Shown one piece after another: positions 1 to 8,682 of a stretch of 14,902 nt of DNA; within the stretch, counting starts at the first letter, position 1; the number at the start of each line of letters is the position of its first letter. The position numbers and the translations under genes are program-made. The DNA comes from Candidatus Hodarchaeum mangrovi (lineage in GTDB: Archaea > Asgardarchaeota > Heimdallarchaeia > Hodarchaeales > Hodarchaeaceae). The notes under the pieces were generated by a model, which saw only the letters and a program-made list of their open reading frames with translations, had not been told where the DNA came from and did no database searches. The stretch spans positions 1-14,902 of the forward strand of contig JAEOUE010000180.1 in assembly GCA_016839515.1 (NCBI GenBank), written 5' to 3'.

Positions 1-145
1 TGTGTTCTGCTGTATATAATACTTGATTTATATCGAGGCTCAAATAATCGGCAATTAATTGAAAATACTATCTTTTTGTATCTACTAATGTCCCATCAAA
101 ATCAAATATGAGAGCTTTAATAAAAGAAAGTGAAGAATTAGGCAT
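1..145 (-). CDS. HAD-superfamily hydrolase (Gph/phosphoglycolate phosphatase-like), 5' part only, with an in-frame TAG at codon 26 (read-through, pseudogene or sequence error)
   Basis: Manual translation from ATG at 145: MPNSSLSFIKALIFDFDGTLVDTKR*YFQLIADYLSLDINQVLYTAEH. KALIFDFDGTLVD is HAD motif I (DxDGT). An RBS-like GAGTGA lies 10 nt before the ATG. The TAG is at 70..68 and the frame stays open to the window edge. Not in the ORF track. Confidence 0.85.
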
Positions 146-332
146 TTTACAGGGTTCACTCGATAATTATAGGATTATAAAATTCAATCATACATCAAAA
201 TTCATTATTAAAAATGCTATAAAGTATTATAGTATTTAACACATACGCCATATTAGTATACTTTTTGAAACAGAGAAGATCAACTCCATTAGTAAGTCTA
301 TAGTAAAAATGACTAGAATAATGTGAGTAGAT

Positions 333-1298
333 TTGAAATTCGATCTTGAAAATCCCTTATTATTCTTAAAATCTTCTGAAAATCCAATTTGGGATTCTCA
401 TGTCCATATTTGGAGTGCTGATGCTTTTTCTGAGCTAGAAAGATGGGGTGAAGTCTATGGAGTTAAAAAATTCATGGGAATTGCATCACCTGAAATCAAG
501 AAAAATTTGGAGAGTGAAGAAAAAGCTGATAAAATCAAATTTGGCTATTATTTACCAATTAATGCCTTTGCGGAGCATAATACTAAAGTCTTGCTCACAG
601 CAGTTGAGGAAGCTCATACTTTGGGATATTCAATAGCTAAAATGTGGTTTGGGCCAAGATTTTTGGATTATACAAATGCAAAACAACCTTTTTCGATAGA
701 TTCTTCTTCGTTTGAACCAGTTTTTGCTCTACTTGAAGATTTAAATATTCCAATTGATTGTCATGTGGCAGATCCTGATATTTGGTATGAGAAAAAATAC
801 TTAGATGAAAAGTATCGGAGTAAAAAGAGAGCAATATCAGAATTCGCTAATGTTTTATCTCTTCATTCTAAGCTGAAGGTAATTAGTGTACATTTTGGGA
901 GTTTACCAGAACCTAATAATCATTCATTTCTAGGGGAATTATTAGATAAATTTCCAAATTTAATGATTGATACTGCTTCAACAAAATGGATTGTTAGAGA
1001 ACTAGGACGAGATTTAGAATCCTCTTGGGAGTTTATACACAAATATCAAGATCGTATTTTATTTGCAACAGATTTATCCGTTGGATGGAGTAACCAAGAT
1101 CGACCAATAGATTACATTCCAACTAGGTATTGGACACAGCGTTTATTTTGGGAAACAAATTATCAACAGGTTAAACTTCCTTTTTCAGATGAAGATAATC
1201 AAAATTCTCAAACATTGATTAATGGTTTGAATATTCCTGAAAAAATAAATGAGAAAATATATTGGAAAAATGCTCAAAAATTCTTCAATAGTAAATAA
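333..1298 (+). CDS. Amidohydrolase_2 family TIM-barrel metal-dependent hydrolase
   Basis: 321 aa. N-terminal DSHVH (HxH), later HVADP, VHFGS, DTAST and ILFATD (strand-8 Asp), and the C-terminal IYWKNAQKFF typical of the family. TTG start preceded by GTGAG. Confidence 0.88.
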   Translation: MKFDLENPLLFLKSSENPIWDSHVHIWSADAFSELERWGEVYGVKKFMGIASPEIKKNLESEEKADKIKFGYYLPINAFAEHNTKVLLTAVEEAHTLGYSIAKMWFGPRFLDYTNAKQPFSIDSSSFEPVFALLEDLNIPIDCHVADPDIWYEKKYLDEKYRSKKRAISEFANVLSLHSKLKVISVHFGSLPEPNNHSFLGELLDKFPNLMIDTASTKWIVRELGRDLESSWEFIHKYQDRILFATDLSVGWSNQDRPIDYIPTRYWTQRLFWETNYQQVKLPFSDEDNQNSQTLINGLNIPEKINEKIYWKNAQKFFNSK

Positions 1299-1339
1299 TT
1301 GATATTTAGATTCAAATAATTTAGATAGGATCAAGATAC

Positions 1340-2209
1340 ATGAAATCAAAAGAAGTTTTATTAGAAACAGATAGACGAGGAATTAAAAATCTGTATAACA
1401 TACTTTTACAGAATAGAAACATTAAAGAATCCTGTTATGAAGATACTGCTAAACTTATAAACGAAAAAAAATTTAATCAAATCATTATTTTTACTGGTTT
1501 TCCTAAAAATAACACATTTGAAACTGATGGACCTCTAGGGGCATTTGTACTTGCTGAAGCCTTTGTCTCAAAATTAAATATGAAGAATATTGTCTTTTTA
1601 TTGCCTTCTACTTTATTAGATATGATTTCAGATATTATTAGAGAAATTTTGCCAGATATTAAACTTTTTTCAGCAGATAAATTCCCAATAGATGTTGACT
1701 TAAGCGTAAATACATTAGGGATTAGTATTGAGTTTCCTGGAATTAATAGAGTTGGTATTGCTCACCATATGAATGGTGATGCGATAAAATCTGATTATAG
1801 ACCTGTAACTGATTTCTGGAGAAGAATTAATCTTCAAAATAAAAATTCAGTCACAATTGGAATTGGTGATGGAGGGAATGAGATGGGATTAGGTAGATAT
1901 GAAAATGAAATTCGAGCTTTAATCCCTTTAGCAAATGTTTGTACTTGTCCCTGTCATAATGGAATTGCTTCTAATGTCTTAGCAGATAGAGCCTTGTTGG
2001 CAACTACTTCAAATTGGGGAGCTTATGCTCTTTCTTCGTTATTTGAGCATAATTTCAGTTATGATCAACATTTTACATACCTTAAAATGTTGAATAAGAA
2101 AGGAATTGTCGATGGTGTTACCAAAAAATGTACACCAACAGTAGATAATATTGATCCTGTAATAGAGAAAAAAATTATTAAAAAAATATTTTTAAAATGT
2201 ATAGATTAA
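1340..2209 (+). CDS. DUF4392 / D-glutamate cyclase-like domain protein
   Basis: 289 aa with family motifs TGFP, ETDGPLGA, SIEFPG, IGIGDGGNEMGLG, TSNWGAYAL and GIVDGVT...TVD, plus a CTCPC Cys cluster. Confidence 0.85.
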   Translation: MKSKEVLLETDRRGIKNLYNILLQNRNIKESCYEDTAKLINEKKFNQIIIFTGFPKNNTFETDGPLGAFVLAEAFVSKLNMKNIVFLLPSTLLDMISDIIREILPDIKLFSADKFPIDVDLSVNTLGISIEFPGINRVGIAHHMNGDAIKSDYRPVTDFWRRINLQNKNSVTIGIGDGGNEMGLGRYENEIRALIPLANVCTCPCHNGIASNVLADRALLATTSNWGAYALSSLFEHNFSYDQHFTYLKMLNKKGIVDGVTKKCTPTVDNIDPVIEKKIIKKIFLKCID

Positions 2210-2231
2210 GTATAATAGAAAAATCGTGATT

Positions 2232-2963
2232 TTAATTATCCAAAATCCTATTAAATTTCTTTAATATCGATTTATATATATTATTCTGGCTTAGAACTTC
2301 ATATAACGACGCGGAGTTTGATGAGATAACAGGTATCTGAAGTTTATCCTCTAGTTGAGATATTATCTTAAAAGTAGGAAGATTTGTACATGAAATGAAA
2401 AGAGCTTCAACTTTTCTAATATCTTCAAGATTTTGAGTAATGAATTGGAGTAATTCTTTTGATTGTATTCTACCAATTTCTAAATTTTGTAGCAATTGCA
2501 TACCTTTAATTTTTATTACTTGATAACCATTATTTTCAAGAAAATTCTTTTCTAATTCGTTAATACTGTCATTATATGGAGTTATAACAACAATTTTCTT
2601 CACATTTAGAATTCTAAGATAATTTAATACAGATTGTGAAGTAGTTGAACTTCTATTACCATGACCAAGATAATCATTTATTTGCTGAATAATCTGGTCA
2701 GAGAATTTTTTTCCCTCTAAAAGTGATCCACTAGTACACCCATAAATGACAAAGTTAACATCTGCATCTTTTAGTTTTTGCAATTCTGGTTTTAATTCTT
2801 TCTTCATATTATATAGAGAAGTGGGATCAACAGAGGTAAGGCTTAATCTTGATATATGCAGAGTGATATCAAATTCATTTTTATAAATTACTCTACCAAA
2901 TTCGGCTTCCATTGTAGTGTTTGAAGAGGGAATAAGAAGCCCTAATCTCATCTTAAAATCCAT
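2232..2963 (-). CDS. Asp/Glu racemase superfamily protein, maleate cis-trans isomerase/arylmalonate decarboxylase-like
   Basis: 243 aa. LGLLIPSSNTTME, both catalytic Cys motifs (YGCTSGS and FISCTNL), ITPY and PVISSN. An alternative start at ATG 2951 (MRLGLL) is possible. Confidence 0.9.
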   Translation of the reverse strand: MDFKMRLGLLIPSSNTTMEAEFGRVIYKNEFDITLHISRLSLTSVDPTSLYNMKKELKPELQKLKDADVNFVIYGCTSGSLLEGKKFSDQIIQQINDYLGHGNRSSTTSQSVLNYLRILNVKKIVVITPYNDSINELEKNFLENNGYQVIKIKGMQLLQNLEIGRIQSKELLQFITQNLEDIRKVEALFISCTNLPTFKIISQLEDKLQIPVISSNSASLYEVLSQNNIYKSILKKFNRILDN

Positions 2964-3085
2964 TCCTTTTATAAATTCTATTTTAAAGTCAAACTAAGGA
3001 GCTATTAGAACTGATATATTAGCAAATATTAAAAATCTCACTATAAGTATAAGATACATATTCATTTTATATGGTTTGAATCGTT

Positions 3086-4438
3086 ATGTCTTCAGCTCAT
3101 GATTTAAAAATTCGGGATTATGGATTAGAATTTATTAAAGATTTAGCAAATGATCGAAAATTTGCTATCGACACGATGGGAGTTGCATTTACAGGTTTAA
3201 AAAATGATCTAATGAATAGATCTAACATTATTGCACGAAAAGAGGATCGGACTTACGTTGAATCAATACTCAAAGCTTTTGATGAGGAAGTTAAACGGAC
3301 AATTGAAAGTCAATTAACTCGAATTACCATAAAATCATTCAATTGGATGAAAAAAGTAATGCTAGAAGATTTCGGGGTAATAGATCAGAAAGAAATCCAA
3401 GAATATCATGAAAAGAATAAAGCTCAAGCAAATAATATTCTGAGGTTAAATCTCGACATAGAATCCTTACAACAGCAATTAAAGGAGAAATTAAAAGATT
3501 ATTCAGAATTAGAAGAAAATTTCAATAAATATCATGCTAAATCAAGTCAAAAACTGAGTATTGAGAGAACAAAGTACGAGGAACTTTCAAATCAAAATAT
3601 GGATTTATTTTCACAAGTAAAAAATATTAAAAATGACTTAAATGAGAAAAATAACAAATTAAAAGAAATTGAAGATCGTTATTCTTCCTTAGAAATGGAA
3701 TTGATCGATAAAACAGCTCAGATATCCCGTTTAAACAATATTATAGATAATCAGGCTCAAAGTACAATGAATGAATGGGCAAATGCATATTCTGAGCAAC
3801 AAGGGCATTATCAGAAAGCTCTTCAAGAACAAAAAGAAATTTATAAGAAAGCTCAAGACCAATTTCAAGTATCCTTGACACGAGTGAAACAGGACTATGA
3901 GGAGAATATAAATAGGAAGTTAGGAGAAAATACGAAAAAATACCAAGATGAAATTGATTCATTAAAAGAAGAATTAGCAGAAGAACAGAAAAAGTGGATT
4001 GGAGATTTAAAGGAGTATAATATTCAAATTACTGATCTTACTGCTGAAAAAGATTTACTAAAAGAGAAGAATAGGCAATTAAATGGTCAATTGACAATTC
4101 TTCTAGAACAAAACGAAAAAATCATGAAAGAAATAACTAATTACAGAGTCTCTATAGACGAACTCAAAAAAGAACTTGAGGAGGAGAAAACTAAACAATC
4201 TTTAAATGAAATGAGAAATGTCAATGAATATATCGAACAAGTCCTCTCTTTGTCAAATTACGCCCCAATAGCTATCCTTGTACGAATGAATGGAGAGATG
4301 AGCTTAGAATCGCTAGCGAAAAGTGTAGGGATGGATCCAATCGTCCTAGAAAATCAGCTTCAGCCCCTCCATAAAAGAGATCTTATTGATATTAAGAGAG
4401 ATGGACGTATTATTGCTAATATTCCTAATGGAGCATGA
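3086..4438 (+). CDS. Hypothetical long coiled-coil protein with C-terminal winged helix-turn-helix domain
   Basis: 450 aa. About aa 105-380 is E/K/Q/L-rich heptad-like sequence with no Pro. The C-terminus (ILVRMNGEMSLESLAKSVGMDPIVLENQLQPLHKRDLIDIKRDGRII) fits HTH plus a beta-hairpin wing. No Walker motifs. Confidence 0.75.
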   Translation: MSSAHDLKIRDYGLEFIKDLANDRKFAIDTMGVAFTGLKNDLMNRSNIIARKEDRTYVESILKAFDEEVKRTIESQLTRITIKSFNWMKKVMLEDFGVIDQKEIQEYHEKNKAQANNILRLNLDIESLQQQLKEKLKDYSELEENFNKYHAKSSQKLSIERTKYEELSNQNMDLFSQVKNIKNDLNEKNNKLKEIEDRYSSLEMELIDKTAQISRLNNIIDNQAQSTMNEWANAYSEQQGHYQKALQEQKEIYKKAQDQFQVSLTRVKQDYEENINRKLGENTKKYQDEIDSLKEELAEEQKKWIGDLKEYNIQITDLTAEKDLLKEKNRQLNGQLTILLEQNEKIMKEITNYRVSIDELKKELEEEKTKQSLNEMRNVNEYIEQVLSLSNYAPIAILVRMNGEMSLESLAKSVGMDPIVLENQLQPLHKRDLIDIKRDGRIIANIPNGA

Positions 4439-4499
4439 AATAACTTGTTATCTTTGCTCAAGATTCTTCTATTCTTTATAAAGTAACATTTAAATGTAA

Positions 4500-7169
4500 T
4501 TACGTTGTAATTTCTTTCGTAACAATTGTTAGATTCAATTTTAAAACATGATAGAGAGCTGGTAGTTGTGATATTAATACCACAAATATCACACCAGTAA
4601 TTATACTCAAAATACTTGACAAACTTATTATAATCTCAAAGTAAAACACCCTAAGGATATTATCTAATAACCAAGTACTCATCCAAATTCCGATAGGAAA
4701 ACCTAGGATCATGGAAAAACAGGCTTGGAATAGATTCTCGAGTGAAAACATTTGTATGAATTCGCTATCAGAAAGTCCTAACGTAAGCATTGTAGCAATT
4801 TCCCACTTTCTTTCTTCATAATTCACATAAATTGCAGTAAATATCGTTGCTGCTGCCAATAAACAAGAAAAAATCATTAATAGAAATATTATGATGTTGA
4901 AAACATTTAATAGAGACTTAACAGCTGATTGGAAGTCAGCTCTATATTCAATAGAACGTACGCCTTCAAGACTCCTCATTTTTGACTGTAGTTCTCCTAA
5001 GTAAGTCAAATTATCAGGCTGAGTGACTTTTAGAATTAATTGTGTTACAGGTGTAAGATCAATATCGAAACCTGATTTGAAAATATCCAGTCCCATATCA
5101 GCCACTAAATTTTGAGTTGTAGTATAAATGATGTTTCCCCAGATCTCTTTTGAAATTCCTGTTACTTTAATATCAGTAGTTCGAAGCCTAACTTCCTTTT
5201 TTTCTTGTGAAAAAGATAAACTTTCCTTAGTATTTTGAATAAGGTTTGAAAGGAAATTTTTAGTTTCATTTCTTGCTTTTTCAATACCAGAAGATGAATA
5301 CGCATTCCAAACATATTGAGCAGCTATATAAGCTAGATTTAAGGCTGGAATGTCTGGAAATCCATATTTTACGATATCTCCTGATTTCACACCTATCACT
5401 CTGGCAAGAGAAGGGCATAATACAATACTATTATTGAATTGCAAACTATCTTTAGGATTTTGCCATTGAAAGAAATGAACTGTGGGATTTGTGGTGTTCC
5501 ATGCCGTAATTAGAATATTTTCAATATGTCCTCCTGATTCTATGATAGATGGGAGTTGAAGAACTGGTTCTACGGAAATTATTCCAGGAAGTTGCTTTAA
5601 ATATTTGATTTGATCATCTACACCAAGATCGAAGAATTTTAATTCCTCATATTTGATAGTTATATCATAATGGGATGTTTCATTGAATTGCCTATAAATT
5701 CCGTTGTTTATTGAGTCAATAAAGGACAGGGAAACAACTAAAATCATTACTGCGGCAGCTAGCGAGATTAAAGTCGCACTAGTTCGCACTCGTTGCCGAA
5801 AAAGATTTCTTAAAGATATTGTTATCTTTAAATTGAGATTTCTATATTTAATTATTCGTTCAATAATTGTTTTCTTTCCACTCCAGAAACTTGGTGTAAT
5901 CTGAATTGCTTCTCTTGGAACTAAGCGTGATGCTTTCCATGCTGGAAATAAACCTCCTAAAAGACTACTAATTGTACCAGCAATGAAACCAAGCAATATA
6001 ATCCATAATTGATAATTAATTTCTATGATTTGGGGAAATCGCATGAAATATGCATAGATTCCAGTAATAAGTTGTGATACGATAATTCCTCCAATGATAC
6101 CTAATATACTTCCTGTAGCTCCAATAATAATAGAAAAACAGGAATAATGTAATAAAATATCTATTGAATAATAACCCAAACAAGCAGCAATACCTATATT
6201 CCGCTTCTGACTCTGAACAATTCTCCCAGTAGTTATATAAATAGCTATAGAAGCAACAGAAAGAACAATTAAGGGAAGTAAGAATGCTAATTCTTTGAAT
6301 GTCTCTAAATCAAGCCTTAATGCAAGATTTGAAATCTGGTATTCTTGCATAACTGGTAACATAAAGGAATTGTTAGTTTGAAGGTTAAGCTCTTCCCAAA
6401 TATTATTAATCACTCTATTTCTTGTTTGAACATCAACTTTTTCTTTTATTTCAATTAGTAGATTATTAGCTAACCCGTGTAGATTTGTGATTTCTTGCAA
6501 TTGCTGAAGAGGGGTAAAGATTATACCAAATATAATAGTAGGAAGAAAATCATAGCTCGAAGGTATTATTACCAGATATTCAGGACTGAACACAATTCCT
6601 TCAATAGTAAAATTATTTGTAACATTTAAAATTCGTGTTACGAGTGAAGAACCTACTTTTAGGTCAAATCTTTGAGCAAAGTGAGCTTCTAGTAATATAT
6701 TGTTTTCTGGAGTATCTTGTGAAAAATAATCTCCCTCCTCAATAATAAGATCATTAATTCTCTCCTCTTTTGATAAATTACCTTTAATCCCAATTACTCT
6801 CCCTCCTGCATAATATCTTCTAAACTCACCTTTGCTAGTTTCTGTTGTTAAATTGAATCCAGAATCCATAATCAGTCTATAATTAAAATTTTGGACTTCG
6901 GGGTGTCTTTGTTTTAACATTGTAAGTGTTGGTATTATTTTAGAGACGTTAAACCAAACATCATGGTGTGTTGAGACTTCCGCATCTGCAAAATTTGTTT
7001 GTCTATATATTTGCTGATAAGAGGTCTCCAAGTTCGAATATCCCATTGTTAAAGCCAAATAGGATCCAACTCCTGAAAAGGATAATATAATTAAAGCTAA
7101 AAACACAAATTTTTGGGAAAATATATCCCTTTTAAGTTTCTTCAAGAAGTAACGTGATAAGAACTTCAT
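4500..7169 (-). CDS. ABC transporter permease, MacB/FtsX type with duplicated extracytoplasmic and FtsX domains
   Basis: 889 aa with two repeats of (TM, large extracytoplasmic domain, 3 TM). Motifs QKRNIGIAACLGY, FPAWKASRL, SLRNLFRQRVRT and ERKWEIATMLTLG. Lies directly downstream of an ABC ATPase. Confidence 0.92.
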   Translation of the reverse strand: MKFLSRYFLKKLKRDIFSQKFVFLALIILSFSGVGSYLALTMGYSNLETSYQQIYRQTNFADAEVSTHHDVWFNVSKIIPTLTMLKQRHPEVQNFNYRLIMDSGFNLTTETSKGEFRRYYAGGRVIGIKGNLSKEERINDLIIEEGDYFSQDTPENNILLEAHFAQRFDLKVGSSLVTRILNVTNNFTIEGIVFSPEYLVIIPSSYDFLPTIIFGIIFTPLQQLQEITNLHGLANNLLIEIKEKVDVQTRNRVINNIWEELNLQTNNSFMLPVMQEYQISNLALRLDLETFKELAFLLPLIVLSVASIAIYITTGRIVQSQKRNIGIAACLGYYSIDILLHYSCFSIIIGATGSILGIIGGIIVSQLITGIYAYFMRFPQIIEINYQLWIILLGFIAGTISSLLGGLFPAWKASRLVPREAIQITPSFWSGKKTIIERIIKYRNLNLKITISLRNLFRQRVRTSATLISLAAAVMILVVSLSFIDSINNGIYRQFNETSHYDITIKYEELKFFDLGVDDQIKYLKQLPGIISVEPVLQLPSIIESGGHIENILITAWNTTNPTVHFFQWQNPKDSLQFNNSIVLCPSLARVIGVKSGDIVKYGFPDIPALNLAYIAAQYVWNAYSSSGIEKARNETKNFLSNLIQNTKESLSFSQEKKEVRLRTTDIKVTGISKEIWGNIIYTTTQNLVADMGLDIFKSGFDIDLTPVTQLILKVTQPDNLTYLGELQSKMRSLEGVRSIEYRADFQSAVKSLLNVFNIIIFLLMIFSCLLAAATIFTAIYVNYEERKWEIATMLTLGLSDSEFIQMFSLENLFQACFSMILGFPIGIWMSTWLLDNILRVFYFEIIISLSSILSIITGVIFVVLISQLPALYHVLKLNLTIVTKEITT

Positions 7170-7193
7170 TCGATTATTCGTCCAAAATTTAGT

Positions 7194-7931
7194 TTACCAA
7201 GCAAGCTTTGAAACATCAAGGGGGTTATCTTGTTCATAACAATAAATCTGATTAAATTGAAGACTAATAACAACATTAGCAATTTTTACGATTTGTTGGT
7301 TGTGAGTAGCTATAATGAAAGTTTTATTTGTGGTTTCATTTAACTTTTTCATTAAATTTAGAATTGATACCCCCGTTTGATAATCAAGATTTCCAGTTGG
7401 TTCATCTGCGACTACAATAGGTGGATCTTTAGCTAGTGCACGTGCAATTGCAACTCGCTGCTGTTCACCCCCACTCAATTGGCTAGGAAAGTGATTAGCT
7501 CTTTCTTCTAGGTGAACACCACGTAGCCATGTCATTGCTGTCTCACGAATGTCTTTTTTATCAAAAGATCGTTTTCCATTAACTAATATACCTGAAAGAT
7601 CTAAAGAGAATTCAATATTCTCAAGGGCTGACAAAGTAGGTAGTAAATTGAAAAATTGAAATATGAATCCAATTTTTTCTCTTCTAAATTGAGCTCTTTG
7701 TTTTCGTTTTAAAAATGAAATATCAACATTATCAATCTGAATTCTACCAGCTGAGGGGTAATCAATAGCACTGATCAAGTTTAATAATGTAGTTTTTCCT
7801 GAACCCGATGGTCCAACTAATACTACAAACTTCCCTTTTTCTATATCCAAATTAATATCTTTAAGAGCAGTGACAATTATTTCTCCTAATTTATATTCTT
7901 TTGTAACTGAAGTTAAGGTTATAAGAGACAA
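7194..7931 (-). CDS. ABC transporter ATP-binding protein, LolD/MacB/SalX family
   Basis: 245 aa. Walker [11 protein letters not shown]-loop GFIFQFFNL, signature [15 protein letters not shown], Walker B/D-loop [12 protein letters not shown]-loop IATHN. TTG start. Confidence 0.96.
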   Translation of the reverse strand: MSLITLTSVTKEYKLGEIIVTALKDINLDIEKGKFVVLVGPSGSGKTTLLNLISAIDYPSAGRIQIDNVDISFLKRKQRAQFRREKIGFIFQFFNLLPTLSALENIEFSLDLSGILVNGKRSFDKKDIRETAMTWLRGVHLEERANHFPSQLSGGEQQRVAIARALAKDPPIVVADEPTGNLDYQTGVSILNLMKKLNETTNKTFIIATHNQQIVKIANVVISLQFNQIYCYEQDNPLDVSKLAW

Positions 7932-8034
7932 AATATATAGATCCTGAATAATTGTGGTGGTATCTATAGAATTCTATGAAAGTATTTAAAACCTATAGTT
8001 TATTAAGTCTCTGAATTATTTTAAGGTTGATTTC

Positions 8035-8211
8035 ATGAAAAAGATTGTAGATTTCAAACTAGAGGTTAATGGACAGATTGTTTCTACAAAGAGATTTGTC
8101 AAAGAGGTTATTGGGAATTCTCTACTAGGGCAAGTCGAAACTTTGAGGTTAAAGGATCCAAATATTAAAACTATACGATTAGAAATTAATTATACTGATA
8201 ATAAACTTTAA
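8035..8211 (+). CDS. Small 58-aa protein resembling the C-terminal domain of archaeal MobB/Fe-S-associated proteins, here standalone
   Basis: Manual translation MKKIVDFKLEVNGQIVSTKRFVKEVIGNSLLGQVETLRLKDPNIKTIRLEINYTDNKL*. RBS-like AAGGTTGA upstream and a T-rich tract downstream. The pattern LEVNG..(P)FV..I...L.G.V.TL...I.LEI is recognised from memory, not from a search. Missing from the ORF track. Confidence 0.72.
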   Translation: MKKIVDFKLEVNGQIVSTKRFVKEVIGNSLLGQVETLRLKDPNIKTIRLEINYTDNKL

Positions 8212-8252
8212 ATCACATAAATTTTATTTGTTTTTAAAAAATATCTTTTTGA

Positions 8253-8591
8253 TCAGGATTCTTCTTCTACAAGTAAAGCTAATACAATATAGATGATTAA
8301 CCCCATTCCATACCCTAATATGGATATTATTATGAATCCTATACGAATTAATATAGGATCAATATTGAAATAAGTTCCTAAACCCCCACAAACACCTGCT
8401 ATCCAACGATCATTTACACTTCGATAAAGTCGTTTTCTTGGTTGATGTTGATAGGTTGAGGTGGATTTGGAATAACTTGGTGTGGTAGTAAATTTAGCAG
8501 TTTTTAATTTATCTAATTTTGAACCACATGCATTACAGAAAATATCTTCCTTACTTACAACGCTACCGCATTCTGAACAGTAAATTGACAT
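8253..8591 (-). CDS. pspC: Zinc-ribbon plus PspC domain membrane protein
   Basis: 112 aa. N-terminal YCSECG...FCNACG zinc ribbon, a S/T-rich linker, then the PspC signature RLYRSVNDRWIAGVCGGLGTYFNIDPILIR and a hydrophobic C-terminal segment. Confidence 0.92.
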   Translation of the reverse strand: MSIYCSECGSVVSKEDIFCNACGSKLDKLKTAKFTTTPSYSKSTSTYQHQPRKRLYRSVNDRWIAGVCGGLGTYFNIDPILIRIGFIIISILGYGMGLIIYIVLALLVEEES

Positions 8592-8682
8592 ATATTAGCC
8601 TTCATTAGTTTAATTAACATTTATACTAGTAATATATATGGACTTTTTGTTTGTATTCAATTATATTTCATTGATTATGGGG

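Noticed and set aside
309-335. ATG ACT AGA ATA ATG TGA in frame with the amidohydrolase, suggesting selenocysteine read-through or a uORF
   Set aside because: The TGA is part of the RBS-like GTGAG before the TTG start, the extension has no Cys-type context and no SECIS was recognised.
448-636. 62-aa alternate-frame ORF
   Set aside because: Lies inside the amidohydrolase gene with no motif; shadow ORF.
637-834. 65-aa antisense ORF
   Set aside because: Antisense to the amidohydrolase with no motif.
3741-3962. 73-aa antisense ORF
   Set aside because: Typical hydrophobic shadow of an E/K-rich gene on the opposite strand.
3086-4438. Calling the coiled-coil protein SMC, Rad50 or ESCRT-III
   Set aside because: No Walker motifs, hinge or CxxC hook; length and layout do not match a Snf7 core. 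Generic coiled-coil hits would be compositional.
5704-5904. 66-aa antisense ORF
   Set aside because: Inside the ABC permease; no independent support.
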